Origin: Candidatus Altimarinota bacterium
GTDB lineage: Bacteria > Patescibacteriota > Gracilibacteria > BD1-5 > UBA6164
DNA: 64,000 nucleotides
Direction: 5' to 3'
Assembly: GCA_027066455.1 (NCBI GenBank)
Contig: JAMONT010000083.1
Span: forward strand, 4,052-68,051
The stretch's first letter is position 1. Each line of letters opens with the position of its first letter. The notes under the pieces are model-generated. The model worked only from the letters and a program-made list of their open reading frames with translations, made no database searches and was not told the origin of the DNA. Positions 11,480-23,400 of this stretch are shown here, in pieces. Made by a program: the position numbers and the translations under genes.

Positions 11480-13876
11480 TTATTTCATTTCAACATCAGA
11501 AATTTTTTCAAAAGTTTCCATATTATTTTCAAGTATTTTTTTATTTGAAATAGAATAAATATTATCTCAAATATATAAAGCTCTATTTATAAAAGAATCT
11601 CTTAATTGCCATCTTTTATTTGCTATATAAGTTCAAATACCAGAATCTTGATAACAATATTCAGGAATATAATTACTTTTTTGTGGACAATATTCTCTTC
11701 AATCAAGCAAAATTCTACATCTTTCTTTTTCTTCTTTTTGTTTTATAAAATCATCACATTTTACTTTTCTTTCATTTTCTAAAGCTTTATAATCAATATG
11801 ACTAATTCTTCATAATTTTTTTATTCCATAATCTTTATCTATTTTAATAGAATATAATCCTGCAAAAAAATCTATATTTTTATAAGAATCTTTATTTTCA
11901 TTTTTTGTAATTTCTACAGGTAAAAGTAAAGTTTTTTTATCTTTATTAAAAATAAACATTCTTGGATTATTGGTAGCTTCACTTCTACTTCCAGCATCTC
12001 ACATTGTCAAAGTGTGTAATTGTTTTACTTCTATAAAACCTTTTTTATCAGATTTTGAATTTTTAGGATTTTCACATTTTTGTACACATTGCATTGTGCA
12101 AATATCAGCTCAAGAAGGACAAGCAGAAGCACATTCATTTTTTACACAAGAACTAGGACAACTGTTAAAAGAAAATTGACTACATTCTTGACTTACACTA
12201 TTTGTTAATTTATCATAATTTATTTGGTATAAATCTAATTTTAATCATCATTGTCTAGTTCTTCAATTAGTTTCAAAAGTATCATAACCTAATCAAATTA
12301 TATGATTTTTATCATAAGGATGAAGATAACTTGAATAACCAGGAATTTTTAATTCTCAAATAACTTTTGGTTTAGATTCATCTTTTAAATCAATTACATA
12401 AAATGGGTCTATATCCATAAAAGTAACCAAAAATAATTTATCTCACATAAATCTAGAAGATTTGAAATTTTCATCTTTTCAAAGTCCTCAAAGACTTCAA
12501 AATAATTTCAGATTTTTATCTAAAATATAAACTCCTGTTTCTCTTTCAGGATATCTTTTTTGTGTAATAATTCTGAAATTATCTCATCTTTCATCCATAG
12601 AATATTGAGTCAAAGGATTTCAAGGAATAATTGTAGAAGTTTGATATTTTATATTATTTTTAGAAATATTCAATTTATGAATTAAAGAATTTTCTCAAGC
12701 CTCAAAATAAGGCATTATACAACGAGCAAAAGGTGGACAACTTACTTGATTATTATTGTAAAGTCTGTCTGTAATATAAAGATTTTTTAAACTCATATAA
12801 ATTTCTGTAGTATTTCAAACAACAACTTTTGTTTTAACAGGAGCATCAGAAATTTCTGTATCTACAACTGAAATAATATTATAACTTGGAGAAAAATCAT
12901 ATTTTTTTAAAGTATCTTTTGTTGGCAAAGAATATTCTATTTCACTACAATTGGCAACATTTCAAGAACTTATATTAAAAGGAAATTTTTTTCATTTTAA
13001 AACTAAATTTTGTTTAGAAGAATTTTTTGTTCAATTTACTTCAATTTTTCTAGGAATTATTCCATCTCTAGGAATTATTATATCATCAACATTTTTAAAA
13101 TTATGAAAAGGAATATTAAAAGAATTAGAAGAAATTACATAAAGATATTTTCCTATTTTTCTTGATTTTGCTAATCTTCCATCAACAACATAAAGTTTTA
13201 ATAATTTTGGTTTTACAATATTTGTAGTATCAAAAACTATAACATAAGTTTTATCTTGATAACTTCTCCAATAATTATTTTTTATTTTATTATATCTAGA
13301 ATATCAACTTGATAAAATAGTTAATCTATTTTTTCCTAAATATAAAACTGGAGAATTAAAATTTTTTGGAATTTTTATTTTTTTAATAATTTTTAGTTTA
13401 TTTGAAACAGAAGTTATATAAACAGCTTTATTTTTAGAATTATAATAATAAATATATTTTCCATCAGTTTTTACTATTTCAGATTCATCAACTCAATCTA
13501 CTTGAGTATTTGTTCTTGAAAAATTTCAATCACTAGTTCTAGAAGCAGAAGTAGGAACAGCATTTCAAGTAGATTCAAGTTGTAGAAGAGTTTCACTAAA
13601 ATCATCAGATGCTATAGTATCTATCATTCTATGTTTATAATTATATGAATATTTATTTTTATTTAATTTCCAGTAAGTTTTTATATATTTTTCCATTACT
13701 GATTCTAGATTTTCACAAGATTTGAAAGTTTGCAATTTAAAACTTTCTGAAATTTCAGAATTTTCTTGTTTATCTAAAGCATCAATGATTTGATTATCAT
13801 CAATTTGAGCAAAACTTGTAGAACTAATTATAAATAAAGCCAAAGCACCCAAAAAAACTTTTTTGATATTTGCCAT
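11480..13876 (-). CDS. Secreted beta-propeller domain protein (PF09826-like)
   Basis: Signal peptide MANIKKVFLGALALFIISSTSFAQ. Motifs TNTQVDGVDESEIVKTDGKYIYY and SSRFMGDKLFLVTFMDIDPFYVIDLKDESKPKVIGELKIPGYSSYLHPY. In frame with track ORF 13565-13909. ATG 13876 is preferred over the track TTG start. Confidence 0.75.
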
Positions 13877-13908
13877 AATTTTTTTAATTAAAAAATAAGA
13901 TATTCTCA

Positions 13909-13970
13909 ATTATAAGAATATCTTTTTTTAAAGCAAATTTTTAATGTGAAGATTTTGTGAAGAAATTTTT
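13909..13970 (-). promoter_or_regulatory. Conserved promoter cassette, copy 1
   Basis: Minus-strand reading: TTCACA-aaatc-TTCACA, then TTGCTT (-35), a 16 nt spacer, and TATAAT (-10, 13909-13914). About 33 nt upstream of ATG 13876. Confidence 0.6.
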
Positions 13971-13984
13971 TAGCAAATTTTAAA

Positions 13985-14869
13985 TTATTCTCAAGGAATT
14001 TCAAAGTCTCATTTTGCAATAATATATCAATTTCAACTTTTTATATAAAATTTATATTTTCAATTTTTTTCAATTTTTATACTATTTTCTCATAAAAGAA
14101 CAGAATGAAAAATTATTTTATCTTTTAATTTATAGGAAAGTATTTTTTTAGGTGTATTTACATTATAATAATAAAATATTCTATTATTTTCATCATAATC
14201 AGTCATACACATAAGATTTTTAATTGTATAATTTAATAAAAGATTTTTTCAATTAATTTCAAAAGTATATTTTAACATTGAATAAGGTTCTAATTGTCAA
14301 CATAAAATTTTAATATCATCAACACCTGAATTTGCAGCAATTTCAAAAACAAAACCTCTAGTAGCTAAAGCATCATAATCAGTAAATTTTTTAACATCTC
14401 ATTTTTTTTCAACTGCAAAATTTACAACTTGTTCTTGCCAAGTTTCTTTTTTTGTAGAATCATAAGAATATTTATCACCATAACTGGCTTTTACAATCAT
14501 TGCAACTGCTTCTGCTTTTGTTATATTTTTTTCAGGATTAAATTTTTTATTTTTGGCTATTAAATTATTATCTATTAAAGCTTCTATTGTATAACAAGCC
14601 CAAGAATTTGGATTTGTAGCAGAAACATCTGTAAATAAATTATCACATTTTTCCTTTTTTTCTATTCAAGCAAGTCATCTAGCCACAACAGCTATTTCTT
14701 GTCTTAAAACAAAATCATCAAGTTTATATTTTTCAGGATTTTCTAAATGGTTATTTATTATATTTTTTTCAGCTAAAAAATTGGCAGAAAGAATTTCTGA
14801 TTTAGTATATGCATTTGTATTATTTATAATAAATAAAGAAAAAATTATAAATAAAAATATTTTTCTCAT
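13985..14869 (-). CDS. Secreted protein with N-terminal SLH-like (S-layer homology) repeats
   Basis: Signal peptide MRKIFLFIIFSLFIINNTNA, then LSANFLAEKNIINNHLENPEKYKLDDFVLRQEIAVVA and a second ...ITKAEAVAMIVKA segment. 295 codons, in frame with track ORF 14675-14869. Confidence 0.55.
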
Positions 14870-14905
14870 AAAAATTTTAAAATTAAAAAAATAAATTACT
14901 TAATT

Positions 14906-14967
14906 ATTATAAGTAATTTATTTTTTTAGCAAATTTTTAATGTGAAGATTTTGTGAAGAAATTTTTT
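14906..14967 (-). promoter_or_regulatory. Conserved promoter cassette, copy 2
   Basis: Same TTCACAaaatcTTCACAttaaaaaTTTGCT core (14928-14967). -10 TATAAT at 14906-14911. About 37 nt upstream of ATG 14869. Confidence 0.6.
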
Positions 14968-14980
14968 AAAAAATTTATTT

Positions 14981-17662
14981 CTACATTCATATAAGTAAAA
15001 AAATAACTTCTTCTTCCAATTTTTTATTTAAATATTTAAATAAATTTTCATATTTTTTATGAGTTAAAATCAAAATATTTATTTTTGAAATAATTGATTT
15101 TAATTTAGCTATTTTTTGTTTATTAGTATAATTATATTTATCCATTTTTAAAATAAATTTTTTAATTATAGAATCTATTTTATCTTTTAATTCATTTGTC
15201 ACTTCAATTCCATTTTCTTTTTTCTTTTTACAATCTACAGAATAAGTATCTTTTTCTTTTTCACTACAATAATTATCTATCTTTACACATTTTGAAAAAT
15301 TATCAGTTCATTTAACTTTTACTTTTGCTAAACCTGAAATACAAGATTTATTACTATTTTTAGGAATATAAACAGTTTCTTCTCAATATTCCCTTATTCA
15401 AGTATATTTACAATTTTTAACATTAAAGGAATTCGGTAAGAAATGATTTACTTGTTTTTTTGTTTCAAAATTGTAAGAATAAACAGGATATTCCATACAT
15501 TCATAAGCTCATTTTTGAGTGTTAATAGTTTCTATTTTATCATATCAAATCACACAATTTTTAGAATTATAAATTTTTTTAGTTCAAGAAGGAACATCAT
15601 AGTTTTTACATCATACTTTACAATCTACAGAATTATATTTGTTTTCATTTGTAGAACATTTTCAGTCACCAATTTTTACACACATTTTATCTCATTTTCA
15701 ATCAGAAAGTGCTACTAAAGAATAAGCACATTCTCTTTTTATTGTTAAAGGTAATAAACTATAAAATTTTGTATTTAAACTTCAAAATTCTTTAACTTTT
15801 CAAGTATAATCATTTGAGTAATAAGAAAAAGAATAATTACTGTATTTCATAAATTTTTCAAATTCTTTACTTTCAAAAAAATAATCAAATATTTCTTCTT
15901 TATAAGTATTATTATATTTTTCTAAAAATTTTTTCCAATTTTGTAATTCATAACTAGTAATTTGTCTTTTTAATCAAAATTTATAAAGATTTTTTATAAA
16001 TTGTTCTTTTGAAATATTTTGAGTTAAGACATTATCTTGACTAACAAATAATTCTCAATTTGCTGCATCTTTTAATATGTCTTTTATTATACTGTTTTGT
16101 ATTTGATTTTCAGAATATTTTTTTGATCAAAATATTTTTTTATTTTGATAATAATTTATTTCTGTTAAAGAAGGCATTCTCCACAAAACTTCTTTATAAA
16201 TATAATTTATAAATTTTATATTTTCATCTTTTTCTTCTTTTATATCAGGTTTATTTATTTCTTCAATTAATTTATTATTTGGAGTGAAAACTGTCCAAAA
16301 ATTTCAGTTGTTACATAAACTTCCAGAATAATTTGCTGGATATTTTCAACTTTTTCAACTTCTAAGTTTATTAGTTAATTCTTGTAAACTAGAAGAAATA
16401 TACATTCAATGTTGGTCTTTTAATCATTCATATTTTGTTCAAATAAATTTTGAATTATAACATTTTTTTGGAGAATTTATATAAGAATAATCCATTTTAT
16501 ATAAATCACTTTTAAAAGTTCATAAATTTTTTATAACTTTTTTATTTTTTATTTTCCAATCAATTAAATCAAATTTTATTAAAGAAACTTTATTAGAATT
16601 TGAATTAATAGCTCAAGAAGGGTGAGCAAAACTTAAAGAATATAATCAATATAATTTTATATTATTTACTTTACAAATTTTTTGATAAATATTACAATTT
16701 ACTGAATTAGTTCAGACTTTTTTCATTTCACATCAATTTTCAGCTATTGGTTTTGGTTTACATACTGAATTTTCAACATCAATAAGATTATTGTTAAAAG
16801 TTCATTCAATATAACAATTTACTTTTGTTTTTCACTTAAATTGTTTAACCCATTCATCTGATATTTTTCTTGATAATCATCATACAAAATCTCAATATTT
16901 TCAAGGATTTATATTTTTAGGTGGAAATAAAAATAATTTCATTTTTTTTGTACTTCATTGACAAATTAAATTAAAATTAGTTTGGTTTATGTTAGAGGAA
17001 ATTCATCAAATATGACCTCATTGATTTAAAATTCTATAGCTATTTTTTTCCTTACTATAAGGGTTATTATATTCATCATTCAAAACTTTTAATTTTATAT
17101 TAACTCAAGAATTTCAAATAATTATTTCTCAAGAAATTGGTTTTATAGAAGTTTTTATATTTTTATAAAAATCTTCACATTTTCATTTAAACAAAAATTT
17201 TGAATTTTTTCTTTCCATTTCACATTTATTTCAAAAAGTTGTTCTTTCTCAATTATAAATTCAGCAAACAGGTATATATTCTTTTGTACAAGCGTTCAAA
17301 GAATTTTCTAAAACTTTTATTTTTAATTGTTTTGAAGTTTTATACCCATTAGTATCATCACAACTAATTCATAAATTCATACTATTTATTTTAGAAAAAT
17401 TTTTATGTTTAGCTGTTAAAGTATAAACTCAATTTGTTCAAGTTCTAAGAATATCTGTCCAATATTTTCATTCTGAAATTTTAATATGATTTCAAAAAGT
17501 GTAACAATCTTTAAATCATTTTGTTTCCCATTTTACTTGAAATTTATCTCATTCAAAAACTGTTTTAGGTCAAGTAAAATTTAAAATTGTATTTTCAGCA
17601 TAACTATTATTTATACTAAAAAAACTAAAAATTAATATAAATATTAAAAATCTTTTTTTCAT
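14981..17662 (-). CDS. Large secreted cysteine-rich protein with a Kazal-like domain and DUF4214-like segments
   Basis: 894 codons. Signal peptide MKKRFLIFILIFSFFSINNSYA. Kazal-like ACTKEYIPVCGIYNGERTTFGNKCEMERKNSKFLFKGKC (17174-17293). The C-terminus equals track ORF 14987-15202. Confidence 0.65.
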
Positions 17663-17695
17663 AAAAATTTAAAATTAAAAAAATAAATTATTCTC

Positions 17696-17765
17696 ATAAT
17701 AAGAATATCTTTTTTTTAAGCAAATTTTTAATGTGAAGAAATGTATGGGGTTTGTGGAAATTTTT
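17696..17765 (-). promoter_or_regulatory. Conserved promoter cassette, copy 3 (distal box diverged)
   Basis: TTCCACAaaccccatacatttcTTCACAttaaaaaTTTGCTT, 16 nt spacer, TATTAT (17696-17701). About 34 nt upstream of ATG 17662. Confidence 0.5.
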
Positions 17766-17770
17766 AAAAA

Positions 17771-19273
17771 TTATTTTTCAACACTAACAAAATTTTCAAC
17801 TATTTTATCCCACTTTTCTATTAAGTTAATATTGTCTTTATCCTTTAAAATTTTATATAAATATTCTTTATTAGCATACTTTTTATAAATTTCATCATAT
17901 TTATTATGGCCTTTATCTGATTCAGGTCATTTTCATTTAAGATTTCATACAAAAATAAAATCTGTTCAATTTATTTTTTTAATATATATTTTTTGCCACT
18001 TTTCTCCATAACCACCACATCCTCATCATTCTGTAATAATTCAAAACTCAAATTGACTTAAATTATTTTCTTTACTTTCACAGTATACATATTTATTTCA
18101 TTTTATTAGTGGTCAATCACATTTATATGAAATAGTTTTAGGGATTTTATTAGAATATAAACCACAAACATTTTTTATTCAATCTAAAGTTGTGATAAAT
18201 AAATCATTATAAAAATATTTTCATTCTAATCATTCTTCTAATTTATCTTTTTCTAATTTGAATATTTTTCATCAAATTGTTATTTCTTTGAATTTTTCTT
18301 TTATATTTAAAAATATTATTTTTTCTTTTTTTATAAGATTATTTCAAATATTTACTTTTAAAAATAATTTAATTTCTCAATTTTCTAATAATTCATAATT
18401 TTCTAATTTCTCCCATTTTATAGGCAAAACATTATTTCAAAAATCTTCTATTTTAGAATTGTCTTCATATATTTTTTTTATTTCCAAATTATTTGAAATT
18501 TTAAAAAGAGAAATATTTTCTTGTCATCATCAAATAGTAAAATAAATTCAACTTTTTCATTTTTTTATATTTTCTATAATTCAGTTATGTTTTATTTTTT
18601 TTAAAGTATTTGAATTTAAATTATAAATATAATTTGTTGTTTCTGTAAAAAAATTTTCTCAATTAGTAGAAAACAAAAGGATATTTTTATATTTTCAAAG
18701 TATTTTTATTTCAGAAAAAATAAAGTCTCATACTCACATTAATTTTTCAGCAAATTTTTTTTCTAAAATTATATTTTGAGTTTTATTCTTAAAATCATAT
18801 AAAACAAATTTAATTTTTATTTCTTCTATAAAATCTTTTTTATTATTTAAAAATTTTTTAGATAAATCTTCAGTATAAATATACTTATTTTCTCTAGTTC
18901 TATAAAAATTTTTTCCTGTATTCTTCTCAAAAATAATTATTTTATAATCTCAATATTTTTTTTCTTTGACTATATTGAAGCTTAAATCATTTATTTTTAA
19001 AATTTCATTTATATAAAAGTGAATATAATTTAAAATCAATGATTTATTATTATTAGTTTTTTTTCAATTTTTCTCTATATATAAATTTATTTTTTCTAAA
19101 AATAAACTAGTTTTTTTTAATCAATCTGTTTCAATTTTTTTAAAAAAATAATTATTTAATATTTTTTGTATTTTTTCTTGTTTTTCTTTTTGTATTTCAG
19201 CATTAACTTGAAAATTTCAAAAACTAAAAAATAAACTAAAAACTAAAATTAGACTTAATAAAACTTTTTTCAT
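17771..19273 (-). CDS. Hypothetical secreted protein
   Basis: 501 codons with TGA=Gly. Signal peptide MKKVLLSLILVFSLFFSFGNFQVNA. No family recognised. Confidence 0.55.
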
Positions 19274-19309
19274 AAAGATTTTAGGGTTAATGTAAAATAA
19301 GTTAACTAA

Positions 19310-19372
19310 AATATAGTCAACTTATTTTTTAAAGCAAATTTTTAATGTGAAGATTTTGTGAAGAATTTTTTT
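19310..19372 (-). promoter_or_regulatory. Conserved promoter cassette, copy 4
   Basis: TTCACAaaatcTTCACAttaaaaaTTTGCTT, 16 nt spacer, TATATT (19310-19315). About 37 nt upstream of ATG 19273. Confidence 0.6.
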
Positions 19373-19375
19373 AGA

Positions 19376-19568
19376 AAATTTATTTCTACATTCATATAAG
19401 TATAAGTAAAAAAATAACTTCAATTCCATTTTCTTTTTTCTTTTTACAATCTACAGAATTATATTTGTTTTCATTTGTAGAACATTTTCATTCACCAATT
19501 TTCACACACATTTTATCTCATTTTCAATCAGAAAGTGACATTAAAGAATAAGCACATTCTCTTTTTAG
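19376..19568 (-). pseudogene. Deleted remnant copy of the 3' end of the 14981-17662 gene
   Basis: Near-identical to about 14981-15012, 15203-15245 and 15621-15735 joined head to tail. Junctions lie at the short repeats acttc and caatctacagaat. No start codon or signal peptide found. Confidence 0.5.
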
Positions 19569-19656
19569 AGAAATTCACAACTCTTTTAAAAGTCTTTTGA
19601 AATTGTTTTTTATAAATATTTTACTACCATTTTTTATATACTTCCAAATATTTTTT

Positions 19657-20337
19657 TTAAATTTCTTTTATTTCTAAAACATAAAGTTTTTTATAAACTT
19701 CTTTTAAAATAAATTCTGATAATTTTTCAGATTTTTTTGCTGTAATAGTTATATTGATTTCTTGAAAGAAAAATGAAAAAATTTTGCTAGTTAAACTAAG
19801 TAAAAATTTATCTTTTCAATACATTTTTATCAATCTTTCAGTTAAAAGTGAAGAATATTCTATACTCAAAACATCAATAATATCTTCAACCCAAAGATTT
19901 ATTCTATTTTGAATTTCTGTATCAATAGTCAAATCATTAAATTCTTTTAATTCTTCTGAAATATAACTAAAATCTATTAATTCTTTTCATGATTTTATTC
20001 TGATTTTATCACTTATTGGTAAATAAATTAGAGATAAAAGTCAGATTAAAAAGTTGGAAGGATAACTTTCATCTAAACATGCAAAAAGGTCAGTTAATAA
20101 AAAATCATATTTTTTATTTTTTATTATTTTTATCAAAAAACTAGATAATAATAAATCACATTTTTTAGCTTTTGATTCATCTTTAATTGTTCTTTTTATT
20201 CAAGCTGCATCTTTTTTTGCTTTTTCAGAAGCCTTTTCAGATGCTTTTTCAGAAGCAGCATTTATTCAAGAATTAACTTGTCAATCTAGATTATTATCTG
20301 TACTTTCAAAGTTTGATTCTATATCTTCTAATCACAT
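19657..20337 (-). CDS. Hypothetical protein
   Basis: 227 codons, ATG 20337 to TAA 19657-19659 with TGA=Gly. N-terminal SEKASEKASEKAKK repeat. Confidence 0.5.
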
Positions 20338-20404
20338 ATTTTTTAAATTTAATTTATAAAATATTTTTTTTATTATATTTAAATAAATGTTTTTTACAAA
20401 AGTT

Positions 20405-23400
20405 TTAATCTTTTTTTTCAAATTTTATAGTTCAACCTTTTTTTACAAAATTTTCTAAAATACTTATATATTCATTATATTTTTCTTTATCTAAATCAGA
20501 ATGATAATTATTTTTAATATTTTCATAAACTGATTTTAATTCATCTGCTTCAAAATTATCTTTTTTTACTTGAGACAAAATAAGTTTTATAATTTGCATC
20601 AATTTTTTTGATCTCATTCTAGTTTTTACTCCAGTATTATCTTTGAAAACTACCCATTTATAAATACTAACATCAATATTTTTAATTTTTTTATTAACTG
20701 TTTTTTCTTTATCTTTCAAATTATCAAAACTAAATTCTGAAAGTAAATTATCTCAATATTTTTTTGTATATAAAGTAGAAATAATTATTAAAACAACTCA
20801 TAAAATTCAAAAAATAATATATCTTGAAGTTATATCTCAAACTTCCCAAACATCAAATAAAAATATTTTAGAGATAGTTAAAACTAAAAAATATAATCAA
20901 ATAGTTCTAAATTTTTGTAAATCTTTTTGAATTCAATAAATAAGTAAAACTGAAGCAATTAATCACCAATACAAAGTTAAAGAAAAATGTTCTAAATTAT
21001 TTTTAAAAATATCTAATACATAAATATTACTAACTAAAAATGCATAAATTCACAAAATAATTTTTAAAGTTAAATTAATTTTTTTATTTCAAATATTTTC
21101 TTCCTTTTCCAAAGGAAGTCCCGAAGGGGATGGATTATTGCTTTTTTTCCAAATAAAAATATTAAAAACTAAAATTCAAGTTACTAAATATTGCAATATT
21201 TTCAAATATTCTAAATTTCTAACTTCTAATGTAGAAAAAATATTATTTATATCTCAAATATGAAAAATAGAAAATCATAAAATAATTACTACAAAAACAT
21301 ATTTTAAAAAATTTGTATTCAATTTTGAATAAAAAAATCACAAAATTGTTATAAAAATAATTATCCCAAATTTACTCCATCAATTTCCATTACTAGGAAT
21401 TATTTCATATAATAAAATTCACATAATAATCATTCAAATTATATGTAAAATATAATGAATATTTTTTAAAACTATATTTTTTTCTTTTATACTCCTTCCC
21501 TTAGGCTTAAGGGAAGGTTGGGAAGGGTTAATTTCTTTTTCCTCTATAAAAAATAAATTTAAAATAAATGAAGCTAAAATTACTGAAAAACTAACTAAAA
21601 ATAAATAATTTTCTGATTTTACTTCATCAATTAAAATTCAAAATTGTGTTAATCAAATGAAAAATAAAATAGTTGCAGCAATAAATATTTTTTTAGAATT
21701 ATTTCTAGAGAAAATATAATACAAAATAGTTGCTTCAAAAAGCCAAACAGTTGTAATAATTTCTGGATATTTTGAAAATACAAAAACCATAGAAACAGAA
21801 AAAATTGAAATACTAATTCAAGCAAAAGTATAAAAAATATTTTTCAAACTTTCATCTTTTTTTACATTTTCTATTCAAATTTTTTGTATAAAAAAGTAAG
21901 CTTGTAAAAAATAAACAATTGCTAAAGCTAAAAAAGCAAATCATTCTATAACTCAAGGAAAATAAATTTCTCAATAATTATAAATTTGAAAAGAAATAAA
22001 TAATGCCGAAGCTACTACTCAAATAATTAAATTATAAAGATTTTGTTTTTCAAATAATCTTTTGTTTATAAAAGGTAAAACAAAATTAGAAATTGCAAAA
22101 ATAATTATTGCTATAATTGAAACTAAAAATAAAATTGAATTATTATTAGAAATTACTAAATATGGTGCAAAAGTTATTATTGTTCAAATTGTTCAAATAG
22201 GGAAGAGTGTAGATAAATCTTTTTTTGTTGAATAATAATAAGAAAAAAATAAAAATATAAAACTAGAAAATAAAATAGTAAAAAATTCTAAATTATTAAC
22301 ATTATTTAAATTTCAGATAATATTTAATTCTAAATTAAATAAAAATATAAAAAATCATAAAAATATAAAAAGAAAATATTTATAATAATTAGAAATATTT
22401 TTTTCTATAACTGAAAATCAAAGTAAAAATAATATTAAAAAAAGTGTTAAAGTGAAAGAAGAAAAAATTAAATCTCAAGAAAATAAAATTAAAATAATTA
22501 TTACAAAAGGAATAATAAATATAGAAAAAATTCCAGATTCCTTATCTTTTACAAAATTTTTCAAAAAATAAATACTAAAAGCAAATAATCATATCAAAGC
22601 AATATTATAAGCTAAAAAACTAAAAGTTTCAGATAAAAATCAAGAAGAATTAAATAAATTTAAAATTATAAAAAAATAAGTTCATAAAAAAATATATAAA
22701 ATATTTCAGCTAATATTATCTTTAGAAAAATTGTATGCTATTTTTATTGAAATAATACTTAAAATAATAGTAAAAATAATTTTTACACTCCAGCCAATTG
22801 AATCAGAAAAAGGTGCTGCAAAAAATAATAAATTTCAAAAAATAAAACTAATAATTAAAAGAGTTAAATTATTTTGTTTGTTAGCTAAGAATAAAGCTCA
22901 CAAACTTACAATAAAACTATATCAAACCAGAGTATAAGGTTCAGTTCCAGAAGTTCAAATTATAAAAGGATTTATGTATGCAAAAATAAATGAAAAAATT
23001 AAAAGAGTTTTTGATTTATAAATTAAAGAAGTTAAAATTCAAAGAATTGTATTTAAAATCAAAAATAAAAATGTTGTAGTTTCAGCAAAAAATATTTTAT
23101 TTCATCATATTAATAATTCATTTCATCATACTAAATGTCTTCAAGCTAAGATAACAGCATAATTTATCAAAATCCCTGTTCACATCAAAATAAGTCATTC
23201 TTGTTTATATTTTTTATGTAATTTTATTCAAGAAAAATAAATAATAAAACCAATAATTATTCAAATAACAACTCTTCAAATAGGTCAAATAATTTCCCAA
23301 ACATTTATTGCAAGTCATTTTAAAAAATATACAACCATTAAAAAAAGTAAAATTCATCATATTTTAGCTAAAATATTTGTAGAAAAAAAATTTTTTATAT

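Noticed and set aside
13877-13909. Track start (TTG at 13909) for the beta-propeller gene, giving MRISYFLIKKI before MANIKK
   Set aside because: That TTG lies inside the predicted -10 box. ATG 13876 gives a canonical signal peptide and the same promoter-to-ATG spacing as the three sister genes.
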